From Eledone cirrhosa (Eukaryota): DNA of 64,000 nucleotides. Location: contig OZ024741.1 in NCBI GenBank assembly GCA_964016885.1, forward strand, positions 220,596,001 through 220,660,000, in the 5' to 3' direction. Of the stretch, positions 42,615-56,357 are shown piece after piece (position 1 is the stretch's first letter; each line of letters starts with the position of its first letter). The position numbers and the translations under genes are program-made. The notes beneath the pieces are model-generated. The model was not told where the DNA came from and did not search any database. It saw only the letters and a program-made list of their open reading frames with translations.

Positions 42615-43144
42615 ATGCGTAGTTTGTGCGTGTTTGTCTGTTTGTATATTTATGTGTGTGTGTGTGATTGTGTCTGTGTGTGTTTGTGGATGCGTGTTTG
42701 TATGTGTGTTTGTGTGTCTGTTTGTATGTGTGTTTGTCTGTATGTGTGTGTTTCTGTGTGTGTGTTTTTGTTGTGTTTTTATATGTGTGTGTGTGTGTTT
42801 GTATGTGTGTGTTTGTGTGTCTGTGTGTGTTTGTATGTGTGTTTGTATATGTGTGTGTGTTTGTATGTTTGTATGTGTGTGTTTGTATGGGTGTATGTGT
42901 GTGTGTGTGTGTGTTTGTATGTGTGTATGTGTGTGTTTGTATGTTTGTATGTGTGTGTGTGCGTGTGTTTGTATGTGTGTATGTATGTGTTATGTAGAAT
43001 TAGTGTAACAGGAGAGCAGCTAAAGTAACAATTATGAATGTGATATTGAGAGAGAGGAAGAGAGACAGATAAATAGAGATAGAGAGAATAATTGTGTGAG
43101 AGAGAGACAGTGAGAATAGCTGTTTGTGAGAGAGAGAGAATAAC

Positions 43145-43179
<35 letters not shown>

Positions 43180-43212
43180 CTGTGTGTGAGAGAGAGAGAG
43201 AGGGAGAATAGC

Positions 43213-43257
<45 letters not shown>

Positions 43258-43376
43258 ATAACTGTGTGAGAGAGAGAGAGGGAGAATAGCTGTGTGTGAG
43301 AGAGAGAGAGAGAGAGAACAGCTGTGTGTGTGAGAGAGAGAATAACTGTGAGAGAGAGAGAGAGAGAGAGAATAGC

Positions 43377-43408
<32 letters not shown>

Positions 43409-43530
43409 GGAGAATAACTGTGTGTGAGAGAGAGAGGGAGAATAGCTGTGTGTGTGAGAGAGAGAGAGAACAGCTGTGTGTGTGAGAGAGAGAATAACTG
43501 TGAGAGAGAGAGAGAGAGAGAGAGAATAGC

Positions 43531-43562
<32 letters not shown>

Positions 43563-43641
43563 GGAGAATAGCTGTGTGTGTGAGAGAGAGAGAGGGAGAA
43601 TAGCTGTCTGTGAGAGAGAGAGAGAGAATAAATGTGTGTGT

Positions 43642-43678
<37 letters not shown>

Positions 43679-43715
43679 GTTGTGTGTATGAGAGAGAGAG
43701 AGAGAGAGAGAGAGT
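42615..43715. repeat. (GT)-rich tract followed by a (GA)n-AATAGCTGTGT compound satellite
   Basis: Direct reading. Confidence 0.9.
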
Positions 43716-44334
43716 GGCAGACACAGAGAGCGAGGGGAGCGGGAGAGGGAGTGTGTCTGTGTGTGGAAAAACTGTAAAATGAGTATCAGTATATAGGTAT
43801 GTGTGTGATTGTGTTATTGGATAATAGTGTGCATGTATGTGCCTGTAAGTGTGTGTGTGTGTGTGCACCAATTGTCTGTGAGTGGATTTCAATGTGTGCG
43901 TGTATATGTTTGCATGTGTCCTTGAATTGAAAGACAGACAAACTGATAAACAGATTAACTGAATAGAATGAAATAAGTTGGACAGAGTGGACAGATGAAA
44001 AGAGATGGAAAACTACAGAACATGGTGAGTTACTTAAGCAAAACTGCGACAATTAGAAAGTACAGAACACTATTTGAAAACAGAAATAAGGTAAGCCACA
44101 GATATATATATAAAGAGTGAGTTATTTGGTTTGTTGATTATTCAACAAAACTAATTTACAACAGATTAGAAGCACTCAACGATTTTTTCCGGAGTATCAT
44201 TAATATCAATAGTATTAATAATATTAATTGTTTCTACTTTAGGCACAAGGCCAGCAACTTACCCAGTGCATTACTGGTACTTTATTTTATCGACCCCGTA
44301 AGGATGAAAGGCAAAGTCAACCTCGGCGGGATTA

Positions 44335-44661
44335 ATATTAATAATATTAATAAATGGAAAATATCTTTATAAAACCATATTTATTTCATTATACGTATTT
44401 CAAGGGTACTAATATTTTAGTACGCTTTCGTCAAATAAAATACAATAATTGGTGTAAAGATAGTGACATATCTTCATGTGAACTTCATGTTATAAGTTCA
44501 TGGAATTTATATCATGAAGTTCACATGAAGATATGTCACTATCTTTACACCAATTATTGTAATTTATCTGACGAAAGCGTACTAAAATATTAGTACCCTT
44601 GAAATACGTATAATAAAATAAATATGGTTTTATAAAAATATTTTCCATTTATTAATATTAT

Positions 44662-44662
<1 letters not shown>
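44335..44662. mobile_element. Fold-back pLTR fragment with a hammerhead on both arms (+ core 44568-44610)
   Basis: Centre at about 44509; CTGACGA-AAGcGTACT...AGTACcCTT-GAAA-TACG-TA. Confidence 0.75.
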
Positions 44663-44716
<54 letters not shown>

Positions 44717-45014
44717 TTACTGTAGGTTCACCAAAGTGAGCACTCGATGCTGAAGCTTTAAGGGAATCATTATCGTTACCATAACAGAAGTTCGATGAGG
44801 TATAGATTCCAGTGTTGACCCCGATCGTTACAGGTCGAACCTTGAGTTGATCAATCGAGAAACGCGAGTCACACCTCAATAAATGTAATGAAAATTTAAC
44901 ACCCCGTCCATATTATCAACTTATATAGTCAGGGTTTTCTCCCTTCCGGACCCTCTCTCGATAGGTAACCTTCGTGCTTCGAGTGCTCACTTTGGTGAGC
45001 CAACAATAACTTGA

Positions 45015-45350
45015 TGTTGGCAAACCCCTCATATGGGATGCCACTTGCAGCAATACTTTCTCCAGCAGCAACCTGGTGCAGCCTGCGACTAACCCAGGTA
45101 CTGCTGCACGTCGGGCTGAGGAGGCTAAACTCTCCAAGTACCGATTGCTCTTCGACAGGTTCGCGGTCGTGCCCTTGGCAGTGGAGACTTCTGGTGTCCT
45201 TGGCCATAGGGATACCTCCCTATTCACCACCATAGGCGCTGAGCTGGCCAGCGCCAGTTGGAATGGCTCTTCCAGCGCATCTCCCTTACCATGCTCCGGG
45301 GCAACGCCTTCTCCATCCTGTCCGCCGGGACTGTCGGGAGGCCAGGACGT
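45015..45350 (+). pseudogene. CRE-like RLE endonuclease 3' fragment
   Basis: GKPLIWDATC...AARRAEEAKLSKY...VPLAVETSG; homologous to 15885-16365. Confidence 0.72.
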
Positions 45351-45505
45351 TGGACCCCATTTGCTCACCATACGAATTAATAGGCAAAGTTACAAACTAT
45401 TGTAAGTAAATCTATTTAATACTTTAAAAAAAAAAAATCCCTAAAATATACACTCGCACACATACACACACACTTTGTTATTAATCCTAACCTGCTCATC
45501 TAAAG

Positions 45506-45693
45506 AGGTGGATTGGCAGTATCGGTAGAGCGTCAGACACCATGCTTTGCAGCATAGAGGTATGGCCCTTTGTGTTCTGAGTTCAAATCCGCCGAGGTTA
45601 ACTTTACTTTTCATCCTTACGGGGTCGATAAAATAAAGTACCAGTGATACACTGGGGTAATCGCTGGCCTTGTGTCAAAAGTAGAAATAATTA
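45506..45693 (+). mobile_element. tRNA-derived SINE (Meta-like)
   Basis: Consensus match. Confidence 0.8.
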
Positions 45694-46218
45694 TGTAATT
45701 CTGAAACCTTTTACTCAACTTTAATTATATATAATTTTATATTTTAAACAATTCCTTACAATGATCCTCATAAAATATTCTACCAATAAGTTTGAAGCAA
45801 TTTTGAAAATTATGAAGGCGCATGGCTTAGTGGCTTGCAATCGAAAGGTTGTGAGTTCAATTCTCGGACCGGGTGATGTGTTGTTTCCTTGATCAAGACA
45901 CTTTGCCCCAGTTTACTCAGCTGTATAAATGAGATGATAGGACTGGGATCCCTATCATTAAATTACCCAAGACACCTCCAACGAGATATACCTTGGAGGA
46001 GGCCAGCTAAACCTGCATTGGTGGGAGCTGTCACACACACACAATTTTGAAAATAATCGAGAATTTGGAGGGGTTTTGTACTATAATGAACCTTCCCATA
46101 ATTTAGTGGGTTTTTAGAACATAGTGAAGGTTCTTACATAACATAATTGTTACTACTTTAGGTACAAGGCCAGCAACTTTAGTACGTGAATAGTACTTTA
46201 TTTTATCGATCTGATAGT

Positions 46219-46432
46219 GAAGGCGTGTGGCTGAGTGGTTAGAGAATAGGATTCGCAATCATGAAGTTGTGAGTTCGATTTCCCGACCGGGTGATGAGTT
46301 ATATACTTGAGCAAGACACATTATTTCACGTTGCTTCCTCTACCTGGAGTTGCGACCGAAAGATAGTATTAGCAATTGGAAAGAAATGGAAACATTGTTT
46401 CCTCGGTCGGATTTAACGAAAGTCGATCGTCC
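46219..46432 (+). mobile_element. CORE-type SINE inserted into an older Meta-like SINE (46144-46210, 46435-46495)
   Basis: Inverse of 8173-8391; ttttatcgatct is present on both sides. Confidence 0.78.
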
Positions 46433-46813
46433 CTTTTATCGATCTCGTAAAGATGAAAAGCAAAGCTAACCTCAACGGTATTTGAACTCAGTAAAGGTCA
46501 GCAATTCTATGCCGCAAAATTTGTTCTTACTTAAAATAATGATAAGTTAATTAAGAATAATCACTTTAAAGCAAAGGGTTTTGTATCCAAGGGTGGTTTC
46601 AGACAATTTGCTATTGAAAGGGTTACAATGTAGTTTAAATTCTGTATTTTAAATTAAAACCTTCTAATTATTTAAATTATTTTTAATAGCTCTAAATTAT
46701 TTTAATTATTTAAGATGCTTTAATCAGCTTTAAACATGGAAATTTGCATATGAAATTTCACAAAACATTTCTCTCTCTTTAACACATTTCCCCGAGTTCA
46801 TGCTACCCTGTCC

Positions 46814-46861
<48 letters not shown>

Positions 46862-47142
46862 CACACACACACAGACACACACATTCAGAGACACACACAA
46901 CACACAGACACACACACACACGGCTGACTGAATACGCAAGTGTTTCTTCCCAAAATATTTTCCCTTCCTGCTTCTTCTCACTCTCTCACTTTCTATTTCA
47001 TTTTTTATTTCACATTCTATCTTCTGGTGAAGGACTAATGTCCAAAATGTTAAGGCTCTTTTCCTACTATATCAAGCGCTAAATAAATATATTTCCTCAT
47101 TGTGCTGTATTGTTTGGTTTGTTGTCTCCGTTTACTTTTTGC

Positions 47143-47174
<32 letters not shown>

Positions 47175-47651
47175 TGCCCCCTCGTTATCGAATATGGCCA
47201 TTGCACGATATACCATTATTAATAATTATCAATTAATTCTATCGTGCAATGCCTGTGCGTGAAGATTTTTCTTAAAGTGAGGAAAGACTATGCAGTGAGC
47301 TAATCCCACTTATCGGGAGCCAATCATCGGTAACTACTGAGCCGTAGGTGTTATGTTGGAGTTATCCCAGTTTCCTGAGTTATCTTCTCCTAGAAGAATG
47401 CCCTGACAAAGGCTAGGGGTCCTTCACTCCCAGTGGTTTAACCGCGCGATCGGGTATCCAGCCTGACTATTTCTATGTCCCCGCGCATATACACACAATG
47501 TACATTTGTACATACATATTTACACATTTTTGGATGGCCGTTGACTCTTATGAGTTCTTCCGCCCTTATATAACACACACACACAACCCAAAGTAGTGTG
47601 TGTGCGAGGTGGATTTTTAGCCTCGTACCTTTGACTGCACTAATTAAGTTA

Positions 47652-47841
47652 TAATTGTTTCTACGTTAGGCACAAGGCCAGCAAATACCCAGTGTATTAC
47701 TGGTACTTTATTTTATCGACCCCGTAAGGATGAAAGGCAAAGTTAACCTCGGCGGGATTTGAACTCAGAATAGCAAGGGCTGTAACTCTATGCGTCAAAG
47801 CATGGCGTCCGACCCTCTACCAATACTGCCAATCCACCGCC
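47652..47841 (-). mobile_element. tRNA-derived SINE (Meta-like) with target-site duplication
   Basis: cactaattaagttataat flanks both sides. Confidence 0.88.
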
Positions 47842-47909
47842 ACTAATTAAGTTATAATGATTTAGAGACAGGAAGTTTAATTAAACAATTGAAATTACTC
47901 CAGTGAATG

Positions 47910-48850
47910 TCTAATACTGTTATCGATCTCTTCTTTCTTCGAACCCTAGCTGGCGATTGGACGAGGTTGCTCTGTCAACCACACTGCTTAGGATACCACT
48001 GGATGCTGAACTCCGATGATGATGTTCTATCCGTTGCGCTGACCCTAGCACGGTCAAGTTCGAAGCGCTGCGATTTCAAGTCCTCCTTGATTTGTTTCAC
48101 CCATGTCCTCTTCGGTGCGCTGCGCTGCATTCTCCAGTGCATGGGTTGCTGTCCTGACAAAAGTTGGTGTGGGTGTCATCTGGTACTCATTCTGCGGACG
48201 TGGCCAAACCACTGTAGCTTGCGTTGTCAGATTTGGTCTTCAATGTCTCGGCTGCTGTTGGCATTCTTCTCCGATATTGTTGTTTGAGATTCGGTAGCAT
48301 AGAGAGATACCAAGGATCTAACGAAGACATCGCATTTGGGACACATTGACTTTGTTCAGGTGTTGTTTGAGGATGATCCACGTCTCAGTGCTGTAATGGA
48401 GGACAGGTAGGACCAGCGTATGGAACAGACGGATCTTGGATCTTTGGGAGATATGAGACTTCGTCCAGTCACACCATCGAAAGGATCCAAAGGCAGACGT
48501 CGTCTATTTGATTCAGCAGTTGATCTCTGCTGTTGACGCCACTGTAACCAGTGAGCCGAGATATTTGAACTCCCGGACCTGTTCAATCTGAATGCCATTA
48601 AGATACACAATGACCGGTGAACCAGCTTTTGTTAGAACTTTTGTCTTGTCCGCATTAATCTAGAGACCATAAATCCGAGTAAAGCAGGTATTGTTGACCA
48701 AGATGCTGCTTGGGTGTCATCGTCGATGAAAATGTTGCTGTCATCGGCAAATGTGAGGCTGGTCATGGATTTATTGACGTCAAACTGTACACCGCTTCGT
48801 CCTTCAAAAGCTTACCGTCTGATGCTGTCAATCATCGATCAGGTGAATGG
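47910..48850 (-). mobile_element. Decayed RTE-clade LINE RT/3' region
   Basis: LTFADD, GL.INADKTKVL, FKYLGSL, LQWFGHVRRM, PKRTWVKQIKEDL relics. Confidence 0.72.
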
Positions 48851-49723
48851 AACATGATACAATATTGATCCCGGTCTCGCTCACACACTCTCGTTCATTC
48901 TCTCTCGCTCATTCACTCTCTCTCGCTCACTCACTTTCGCTTACTCACTCTCGCTCACTCACTCACTCTCTCTCGCTCACTCACTCACTCTCTCTCTCTC
49001 GCTCTCCCCCTCTCCCTCTCCCCCTCTCTTTTTCTCTCTGGCTTTCTCTCCCTTTTTCTCTCCTCCCCCTCTTTCTCCCTCCCTATCGCCCCTCTCCCCC
49101 CTCCCTATCTCCGCCTATCTTCCCTCCCCTCATGTATCCCCCAACCTCCCTCTCTCTCCCCATCCCCCTATATTCCTCCCCCTCCCTCTCTCCCTCTGTG
49201 TTTCTCAATTATACGGGTCACTAAATACCTTTCCCTGTCCTGTCAATCATGTCTTACCAGATTTACACTGACCTTTAAATTGAATAAATAAATATATAAA
49301 TAAAGACCAACATTATGTAATATATTCTCTTTTGATTTAAGAAATATTTGATTTCCAATAATAACAGATCGAATTACTTCGATGAGAAATAAAAAACAAA
49401 TTCTTAAAAAGTTGATTGTTATAAGACAGTCACACGGGAAGGATGTGGAAGAGACTGAGAGAGAGGTGAAAGCATAAATAATTAAAGGAGAACAGGAAAG
49501 CACGTGGATAAAGGAAGAGAAGAGAACTTGTATTTCAAGGTCCACATGTTTAAAATTAGTTAAGGCATCATTAGAAAATATTGATGATGGAATCTATAGA
49601 GTATTGATGATGAAATCTATAGAGTATTGATGATGGCGCTCATTGGACAATGTTTGGGGTAATATTTGCTGCAAGACATTTTCAAGTTTCACTTATATTT
49701 CGATAACGGAACAAAGACACACA

Positions 49724-49756
<33 letters not shown>

Positions 49757-49760
<4 letters not shown>

Positions 49761-50262
49761 TAAATCTAGCACTCAATTGTAGGGTCTAAACCGTATAAAG
49801 AACTCAATGTAATCCGTATGTAGAAGATGTCGTGAAGCAAAGTTTAAAATACCAAAAAAAATGTATCAACGATATAATTCAATTGGATACAGAATCAAAA
49901 TAGAAATATTAAAACAATGAAAAAAACCACATTATTTTATGATCGTTTCGGGGGGGGGGGGGGTAGTTCCTTGTAAGTTCATTCAATTATTGTCTATGTA
50001 AAACATATTACAAAATATCATAGTAAGAAAAAGATACATAAGTGTTCACTACCCGCCGTCTTCAGAAATAATTATTTCTGAAGACGGCGAGTAGTGAACA
50101 CTTATGTATCTTTTTCTTACTATGATATGATATTTTGTAATATGTTTTACATAGATCAATAATTGAATGGACTTGCAGGGAACTACCCCCCAGAAACGAT
50201 CATAAAATAATGTGTTTTACTATGAATTAACAGTTTTGTGTTTAATTTCATTGTTTTAATAT
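49757..50262. mobile_element. Fold-back pLTR fragment with a long-stem-II hammerhead (related fragment 10670-10900)
   Basis: Centre at 50071/50072; CTGAAGA at 50078 ... GAAA-CGA-TC at 50193-50201. Confidence 0.62.
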
Positions 50263-50514
50263 ATATATATATAGTAATAATAACAAATGTGAAGACTAAA
50301 ATCCAAAGAGAGCTCGATAAGGATAAATATATATCAAATATATAAGAATCCTATAGCAATAAGGGTGAAAGCAGTGATTCTATGCTTAAACTTTAATCTG
50401 TTATTTTAGTAAATATATATATATATATATGGAAAGTTATATTTAAATTGTTGGGTTACAACTAGTAAATATTTATAACTGATATAAAAGCACTCGACAA
50501 GTATTTGGAGTATA

Positions 50515-50682
50515 TTTACGATATTAAATAAATGGAAACTATATTTATAAAACCATATTTATTTCATTATATATATTTCAGGGATATCATATTAACAATA
50601 TATTGTTAATATGATATCCCTGAAATATATATAATGAAATAAATATGGTTTTATAAATATAGTTTCCATTTATTTAATATCG

Positions 50683-50688
<6 letters not shown>
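50515..50688. mobile_element. Short fold-back truncated within HHR stem II (family of 22921/44335)
   Basis: Centre at about 50600; retains ccct-GAAA-TATA-TA-taatgaaat. Confidence 0.65.
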
Positions 50689-50725
<37 letters not shown>

Positions 50726-50917
50726 CAAAGAGGTGTGGTAAGAAACCAGGTGGACCATAATGCACCAGAGTACTCGATACTTAGGTTACTAGCATGGGTA
50801 ATAGGAAAAGAGTCAGAACCCCGACGGGTGTGCTCCGGCCGTTTCGACAGCTAGATCCGAACAGTTCGGATCTAGCTGTCGAAACGGCCGGAGCTCAGCC
50901 GTCGGGATCCTGACTCT

Positions 50918-50966
<49 letters not shown>

Positions 50967-50969
<3 letters not shown>

Positions 50970-51518
50970 GGGTTGGACAAAATAATGGAAAAACCTAGCA
51001 TCATAGCATAATAATTTTGAAATATTTATAAAACCGTCAGAATCTCGTTTATTTTTGTCGTTCTCGGGGTACTCATTAAGCTCTGCAGTAATTTTGTGAT
51101 CCTTTCTATCAATTCGCGTAAGAGTCCGACGGTCCCTATCTGAAAGTTTTCGTTTTCTTCCGGAGTTTTATTTCGACGAGGAGGTTTTTCCGGCTTTCTC
51201 AAAGGCTGTCATTACTTTCGAGACAGTAATTCTTGATACACCAAACATTTCGGCTGTTTCCGTTAAGCTAGCGGCTGCCACACGAGCACCAACAATTTGA
51301 CCTCTTTGAAAGTCCGATAGATCTGTCATTTTAATGAATTTTAATTACCTTTTTCTGATGATATCTGAACAGAAACAGCAATTTTAACAAAACATCTTAA
51401 GCAACACTAATAATAAATCAAAGAACATAAAAATAAACAAGTTTTTGACGGTTTTATAGATATTTCAAAATTACGATGCTATGATGCTAGGTGTTTCCAT
51501 TATTTTGTCCAACCCCTG
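50967..51518 (-). mobile_element. Internally deleted Tc1/mariner transposon
   Basis: TIRs CAGGGGTTGGACAAAATAATGGAAA (about 90 bp), TA site on the left. The minus strand from 51329 reads MTDLSDFQRGQIVGAR...AEMFGVSR.TVSKV...SGRKRKLSDRDRR (paired-like HTH). Confidence 0.88.
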
Positions 51519-51972
51519 TGTATATATATATATAGGAATGAAAAATGGCGTGCTCATACTTTCACTCGCTCACTCTCTGCTACTCACCCTCTCTCTCTCA
51601 CTTCTTCCATCGTCCTACACCATGCGTAATTCTTTCCTCGCTTACTTTCGCATGGTTGGGATGTGTCTCTCGTCTTCTCGTCAATATTCGCAAGTTCTTA
51701 TGTTCAAAATTAATCATTGATTTGATTTTCTCATGTTTTCCTCTCTTTACGTTGCCTCACCATTCGTGTTTGTTTACCTGTCTCTCTTTCTCCACCCAAT
51801 TCTTTTTATCCCAATAACTTATTTTAGTTATTGTTCGCACTAGCCTGAGGTATCTGGTCTTTAATGTGAAGAAATACCTATGATGGCTAGTAGATCATTG
51901 ATGATGGATAGTCCTATTTCTAATTCTTCATTTTAATTTGTATATATATATATATAGGCAGAAAAGCGAGTG

Positions 51973-52019
51973 TTATTACTCTGGAGTATCGCCTGTTTAT
52001 CACAGGCTCATCAGACAAA
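51973..52019 (-). ncRNA. Hammerhead motif with GAAA changed to GATA; short inverted copy at 52035-52058
   Basis: tttgt-CTGATGA-GCCTG...CAGGC-GATA-CTCcaGAG-TA. Confidence 0.6.
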
Positions 52020-52102
52020 AACTGTGATATACATGCGAGACTCCAGAGTAACAAACCGAATATTAAAACTCTACTTCGTCAATCACATAAGGATAATTAG
52101 GA

Positions 52103-52155
<53 letters not shown>

Positions 52156-53013
52156 TAATAGGATTGGCTGCATAGTTGCTAGTTAAGGTACCTTAAAATG
52201 GAATGAGAATAAGAAGAAAGCAAGAACGGAGAGGGGTTTTCCTCATCAGTTGTCTACTGGGGTTCTCGGATATTTCAACGCTTTAAAGACAAGATATCTA
52301 CCCCTAGAGCGTTCAATAACTGGGTAAGTTATTGGGAAAACGGGTTAGGGAGAGGAGGAAAATAGAAGGGAAAAGGGGAGAAAACAGCGAAAAAAACAAC
52401 ACACCGAGGAATGTGCGGGCGCTTAAGGGCGCTTAAGGTAAGAAAATCCAAGACCACGGCGGTAACAGAACTTAAGTTCAAGAGTGTGTGGGCGAACGAA
52501 AAGACATGTCTGACCCCAGCGAGTGTAAGTGAGAAAAGGACTGCTAGAGGGTCAGGCGAGGGAAACAATGAGGTAGCAGTAAGAGAGAGGATGAGTGAAA
52601 GTGAGAGGGAGAGGAATAAAGAGGGGTAAGAGTAGATAGTAACGAAATAGGTAGAAGGAGAGAGAAACATGATAAAATATGTGGAGAATAGGATTAGCTG
52701 TGAAGTTGCTAGTTAAGGTAGCTTAACATGGAATGAGAATAAGAAGAAAGCAAGAACGGGTGGTGGTGGAGGGGGGGGGGCGATTCCTCATCAGTTGTCT
52801 ACTGGGGATCTCGGATATTTCAGCGCTTTAAATAGTTAGTTTCGTTCAAGTGTATTCAATGTCCAACTTTTCCATAGGTCATCTTGACATACCATATCTC
52901 CAGAGTCTGTCGATTCTATCGATTTATATACACCGTTTTCTCTGTAAAATAAACAAAAACCACAAATCAGTTTACAATCATCTTTGAATCAATATACAGC
53001 ATGTACGTATGTA

Positions 53014-53096
<83 letters not shown>

Positions 53097-53115
53097 ATAT
53101 ATGTGTGTGTGTGTG

Positions 53116-53161
<46 letters not shown>

Positions 53162-54091
53162 AACGCGTGCTACAGACTATAGACAAAACAATGATATTGA
53201 AACATGGAAGCCGTTTATTAGTATCAAAGAATTGTTACGAAACGTTGTTGTTACCAAAATTAACGATTCCCAATTACGCTCCTGTTATTTGATGTCGTCT
53301 GCTTAATGTAATCAGCCGATTGTTGTGATGAAATTAAACGACTTCCACGCTATAGCCGAAATATAATCTATAAAAAGTAAGTAAAATATAACCGGAAAGT
53401 TACCAGCAAATTTATATCTGATATATATGAATTTGAAAATATATATTCAACATGACTTGTGGTATTTATTTATTGACCTTTACGATTTACATTCAAATCC
53501 TGTCCTGCTGTCAATCCTGCATTTATCCACGGACTGTGTGTGTTTGTTGGGTGCAGGGTTAATACAAGACCTGTGATCGATTTAATGGCTCCCATTCTTA
53601 CAATGTGTTTCCTTGTACCTATACTAGAAATCATCATTTAGCATCTTCGATTATGGCTGAAGGTAAATCCTGACCGCACAAACCCTGCATTCCTCACATC
53701 ACTCTTCCTCACGGACAATTAAAATTTGTCTATGTTTGTCTTTTATTTAACTATCAGCCACTAGAACGTTGGATAGAATACTTTGTGGTATCTTTCCGGT
53801 TCTCTGCTCTCAGAGTTCAATTCCCGCCGAGGTCAACTTTACTTTTTATCCATTCAAGGTCCATAAAGAAAGTACCAGTCAAGTACTGGGATCTATTCTT
53901 CCGCTATATCTCTTTCTCACTTCCTGTCCTTCTCTGGACGAAATCTACTGTGGCCAGACCTGGAGAGGGATGTGCTTCACATAACCCCAGATCTCTGATG
54001 TTCTCAATTCCTTCGGGATCTGATGTTAAGTTGTGACCAATCTAGAACAGTCTTCACTGTATCATTCCTTTTCTTTTAAACGCTGGTTTAA

Positions 54092-54314
54092 CACTTTACC
54101 ATTTAAACCGGCCATATCCGGCCAGAATTCTCTCACCTCTTCCTGTTCAAACCAGCTGTAAGCGGCCACTCATATTTATGTTAAGGTATTGTTCTCTCAA
54201 AATAAATAACATCAAAATCTCGTTGATTCAATATTATGTGACATAATTATGAAAGATAAACCCTTTACCACGAAAATACAATGGTATATATAGAGTAATG
54301 TAAATGATAAAGGG
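54092..54314. mobile_element. TTAA-flanked MITE (piggyBac-like)
   Basis: TTAA|cactttaccattta ... taaatgataaaggg|TTAA. Confidence 0.6.
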
Positions 54315-54514
54315 TTAACAGAAACATGCACATGCATACGCATAATTACACACATGTACACTCACGTACATACATTCATGCGTACATGCCAACGCCTCCG
54401 CTGCCGCCGACGCACGTCTTCCATGTGTGAAGAAGTCTTGGGCTTTTCGCCGACCTCATCTTTTTTTCTTTCACGTGACCAACTATATATAATCACGCGT
54501 GAGCAGAAGGTAAT

Positions 54515-55888
54515 GTGACATACCTGAAGATAGGTTATGGCGAAAGTGTGGATAATGTTTATCTTACCCTCGTATTTAAGTTCAATGAGAAAATCTACAC
54601 CCAAAATGAGGGAGCAGCCATCGGCGTCAGCATAGCTGGTGATGTTGCCAACCTTTTCATGGTATGGTGGGAAAGGAGACTTAAAGATCTCCTTAATGAA
54701 AGCTCCATAGACCTCATCATGTACTCTCGTTATGTAGACGATATCAATATAGTTATAAGAACACCCCCACTAGAGAGCACTAACAAGTTTGATTTAGAAC
54801 GTAGCACGATGGAAAACATCCAGCAGATAGCTAATTCCATACACCAGAGTATAACTGTAACTATCGACTTCCCTTCCAAACACTCTAACAATAGACTACC
54901 TGTATTAGACACAGAACTCTGGATTAACACTATAGACGAGAGAGCCCAAATTCTCCACTCACACTATGCTAAACCCATGGCCTCCAAATACCTGATACTC
55001 AAAAACTCAGCAATGTCCAGTAGTGCTAAGTTTAATATTCTGATCGCAGATTTGGTACGAGTGATGAAGAATGTGTCCCGCATGTGCGACCCAACAGAAA
55101 TGGAAAGACACATCCAACACTTCATCAACCGCATGCAGTTCTCTGGCTACAACCAAAGAGACAAAGTCAGAGTATACGAAGGAGCCATGGAAAAGTATAA
55201 GACCCTCATAGAACTGGACATGAAAGGAATTTGCCCATTATACAGGAGCAAATCATGGAATAGCTTAGATAGGGCTAGACATAAGATAGGGAAAGCCACA
55301 TCATGGTACGACAACCAGAGATACCAGAGTGTCATGTTTGTGGACGCCAGCCCTGGAGGGAAATTAGCTAACCAGTGTAGAAAGGCCCTGAGAAAGACCC
55401 ACTTAAAAATAAAGGTGGTAGAAAAGCCAGGAACCACCATAAAATCCCTGATCAGCAAAACCTACCCTTTTAAGAAAACCCACTGTACCAATAGGAAATG
55501 TATCATATGTAAGGTGAACCCCCGGATAAACTGTAAAACTAGAAACGTAGTCTATAGCATAAGATGTACAGAGGGTACTTGCAGAAACATGACAACAACA
55601 TACATAGGTGAGACAGCTCGTAGCATAGGTGAAAGGATAGACCAACACTGGGGGGAACTAAAAGGACGAAAAAACGGGTCAGTACTATACGAACATGCTA
55701 GACAACAACATGACGGTAACATAGACAACATAGAAATTAGAATAATATCTAAACATAGAAATGACCCAGCAGATAGGCAAATCAGAGAGGCTAGTGAAAT
55801 AGAAATTAGAAGACCAAAGCTAAACAGAAAGAATGAATGGAAAAAAAACAACATCCAAACAAACAACACTGACCTAAGAGAAGTATAA
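54515..55888 (+). CDS. Penelope-like RT (from motif B') plus GIY-YIG endonuclease, 5'-truncated open frame, Naiad-like
   Basis: IYTQNEGAAIG, YSRYVDD, LPVLDTELWI, SGY, Cys linker CTNRKCIIC, VVYSIRC...YIGETARSIGERI..H, REA.EI....PKLN. Confidence 0.9.
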   Translation: MTYLKIGYGESVDNVYLTLVFKFNEKIYTQNEGAAIGVSIAGDVANLFMVWWERRLKDLLNESSIDLIMYSRYVDDINIVIRTPPLESTNKFDLERSTMENIQQIANSIHQSITVTIDFPSKHSNNRLPVLDTELWINTIDERAQILHSHYAKPMASKYLILKNSAMSSSAKFNILIADLVRVMKNVSRMCDPTEMERHIQHFINRMQFSGYNQRDKVRVYEGAMEKYKTLIELDMKGICPLYRSKSWNSLDRARHKIGKATSWYDNQRYQSVMFVDASPGGKLANQCRKALRKTHLKIKVVEKPGTTIKSLISKTYPFKKTHCTNRKCIICKVNPRINCKTRNVVYSIRCTEGTCRNMTTTYIGETARSIGERIDQHWGELKGRKNGSVLYEHARQQHDGNIDNIEIRIISKHRNDPADRQIREASEIEIRRPKLNRKNEWKKNNIQTNNTDLREV

Positions 55889-56119
55889 ATAAGTAAATAA
55901 AATAAGATAAATAAATACATACACAAGCACAATAACAACAAGCACATAAACACACACTAGTCACCCATCACACAGCAAACATAACACTATACACACACGC
56001 AAACGCATGCGCAAAGAAGACAAAATAAAATAAACAAACAAGCAAATAAATAAATAAATATATAGACAGACTGAAAAAAAATGGCGTAGGCATACAACAC
56101 AACAGGAGGAAAATATAAC

Positions 56120-56160
56120 ACCACTGACGATGTTGCAGATGTGCAACGAAAGATTTATGA
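56120..56160 (+). ncRNA. Minimal hammerhead in the 3' pLTR of the PLE (element ends 56362)
   Basis: ca-CTGACGA-tGTTGCAgatgTGCAAC-GAAA-gatt-TA-tg. Confidence 0.72.
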
Positions 56161-56357
56161 TAAACTATATATATGTGTTTGTGTCTATATTGTATCTGTA
56201 TTATTTTTGACCGTCGGTCAGTCAATGGCAACATTGAGGACCGAGTAAGTTAGATTACCGATATAAAAGACAGCAAGAAGCGAAAACCAACCAAACAGTG
56301 AGTGTGTTCTGTTATTAATTCTGGCAATATTACACAAATATGACCCTCCCCAAGTAT

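Noticed and set aside
47021-47055. HHR relic CTGGTGA-aGGAC taat GTCC-AAAA-TG-TTA
   Set aside because: Two core mismatches; probably a decayed copy, not called as a feature.
54515-55888. Selenocysteine-containing PLE protein
   Set aside because: No in-frame TGA in this frame; the linker and EN cysteines are ordinary Cys codons.
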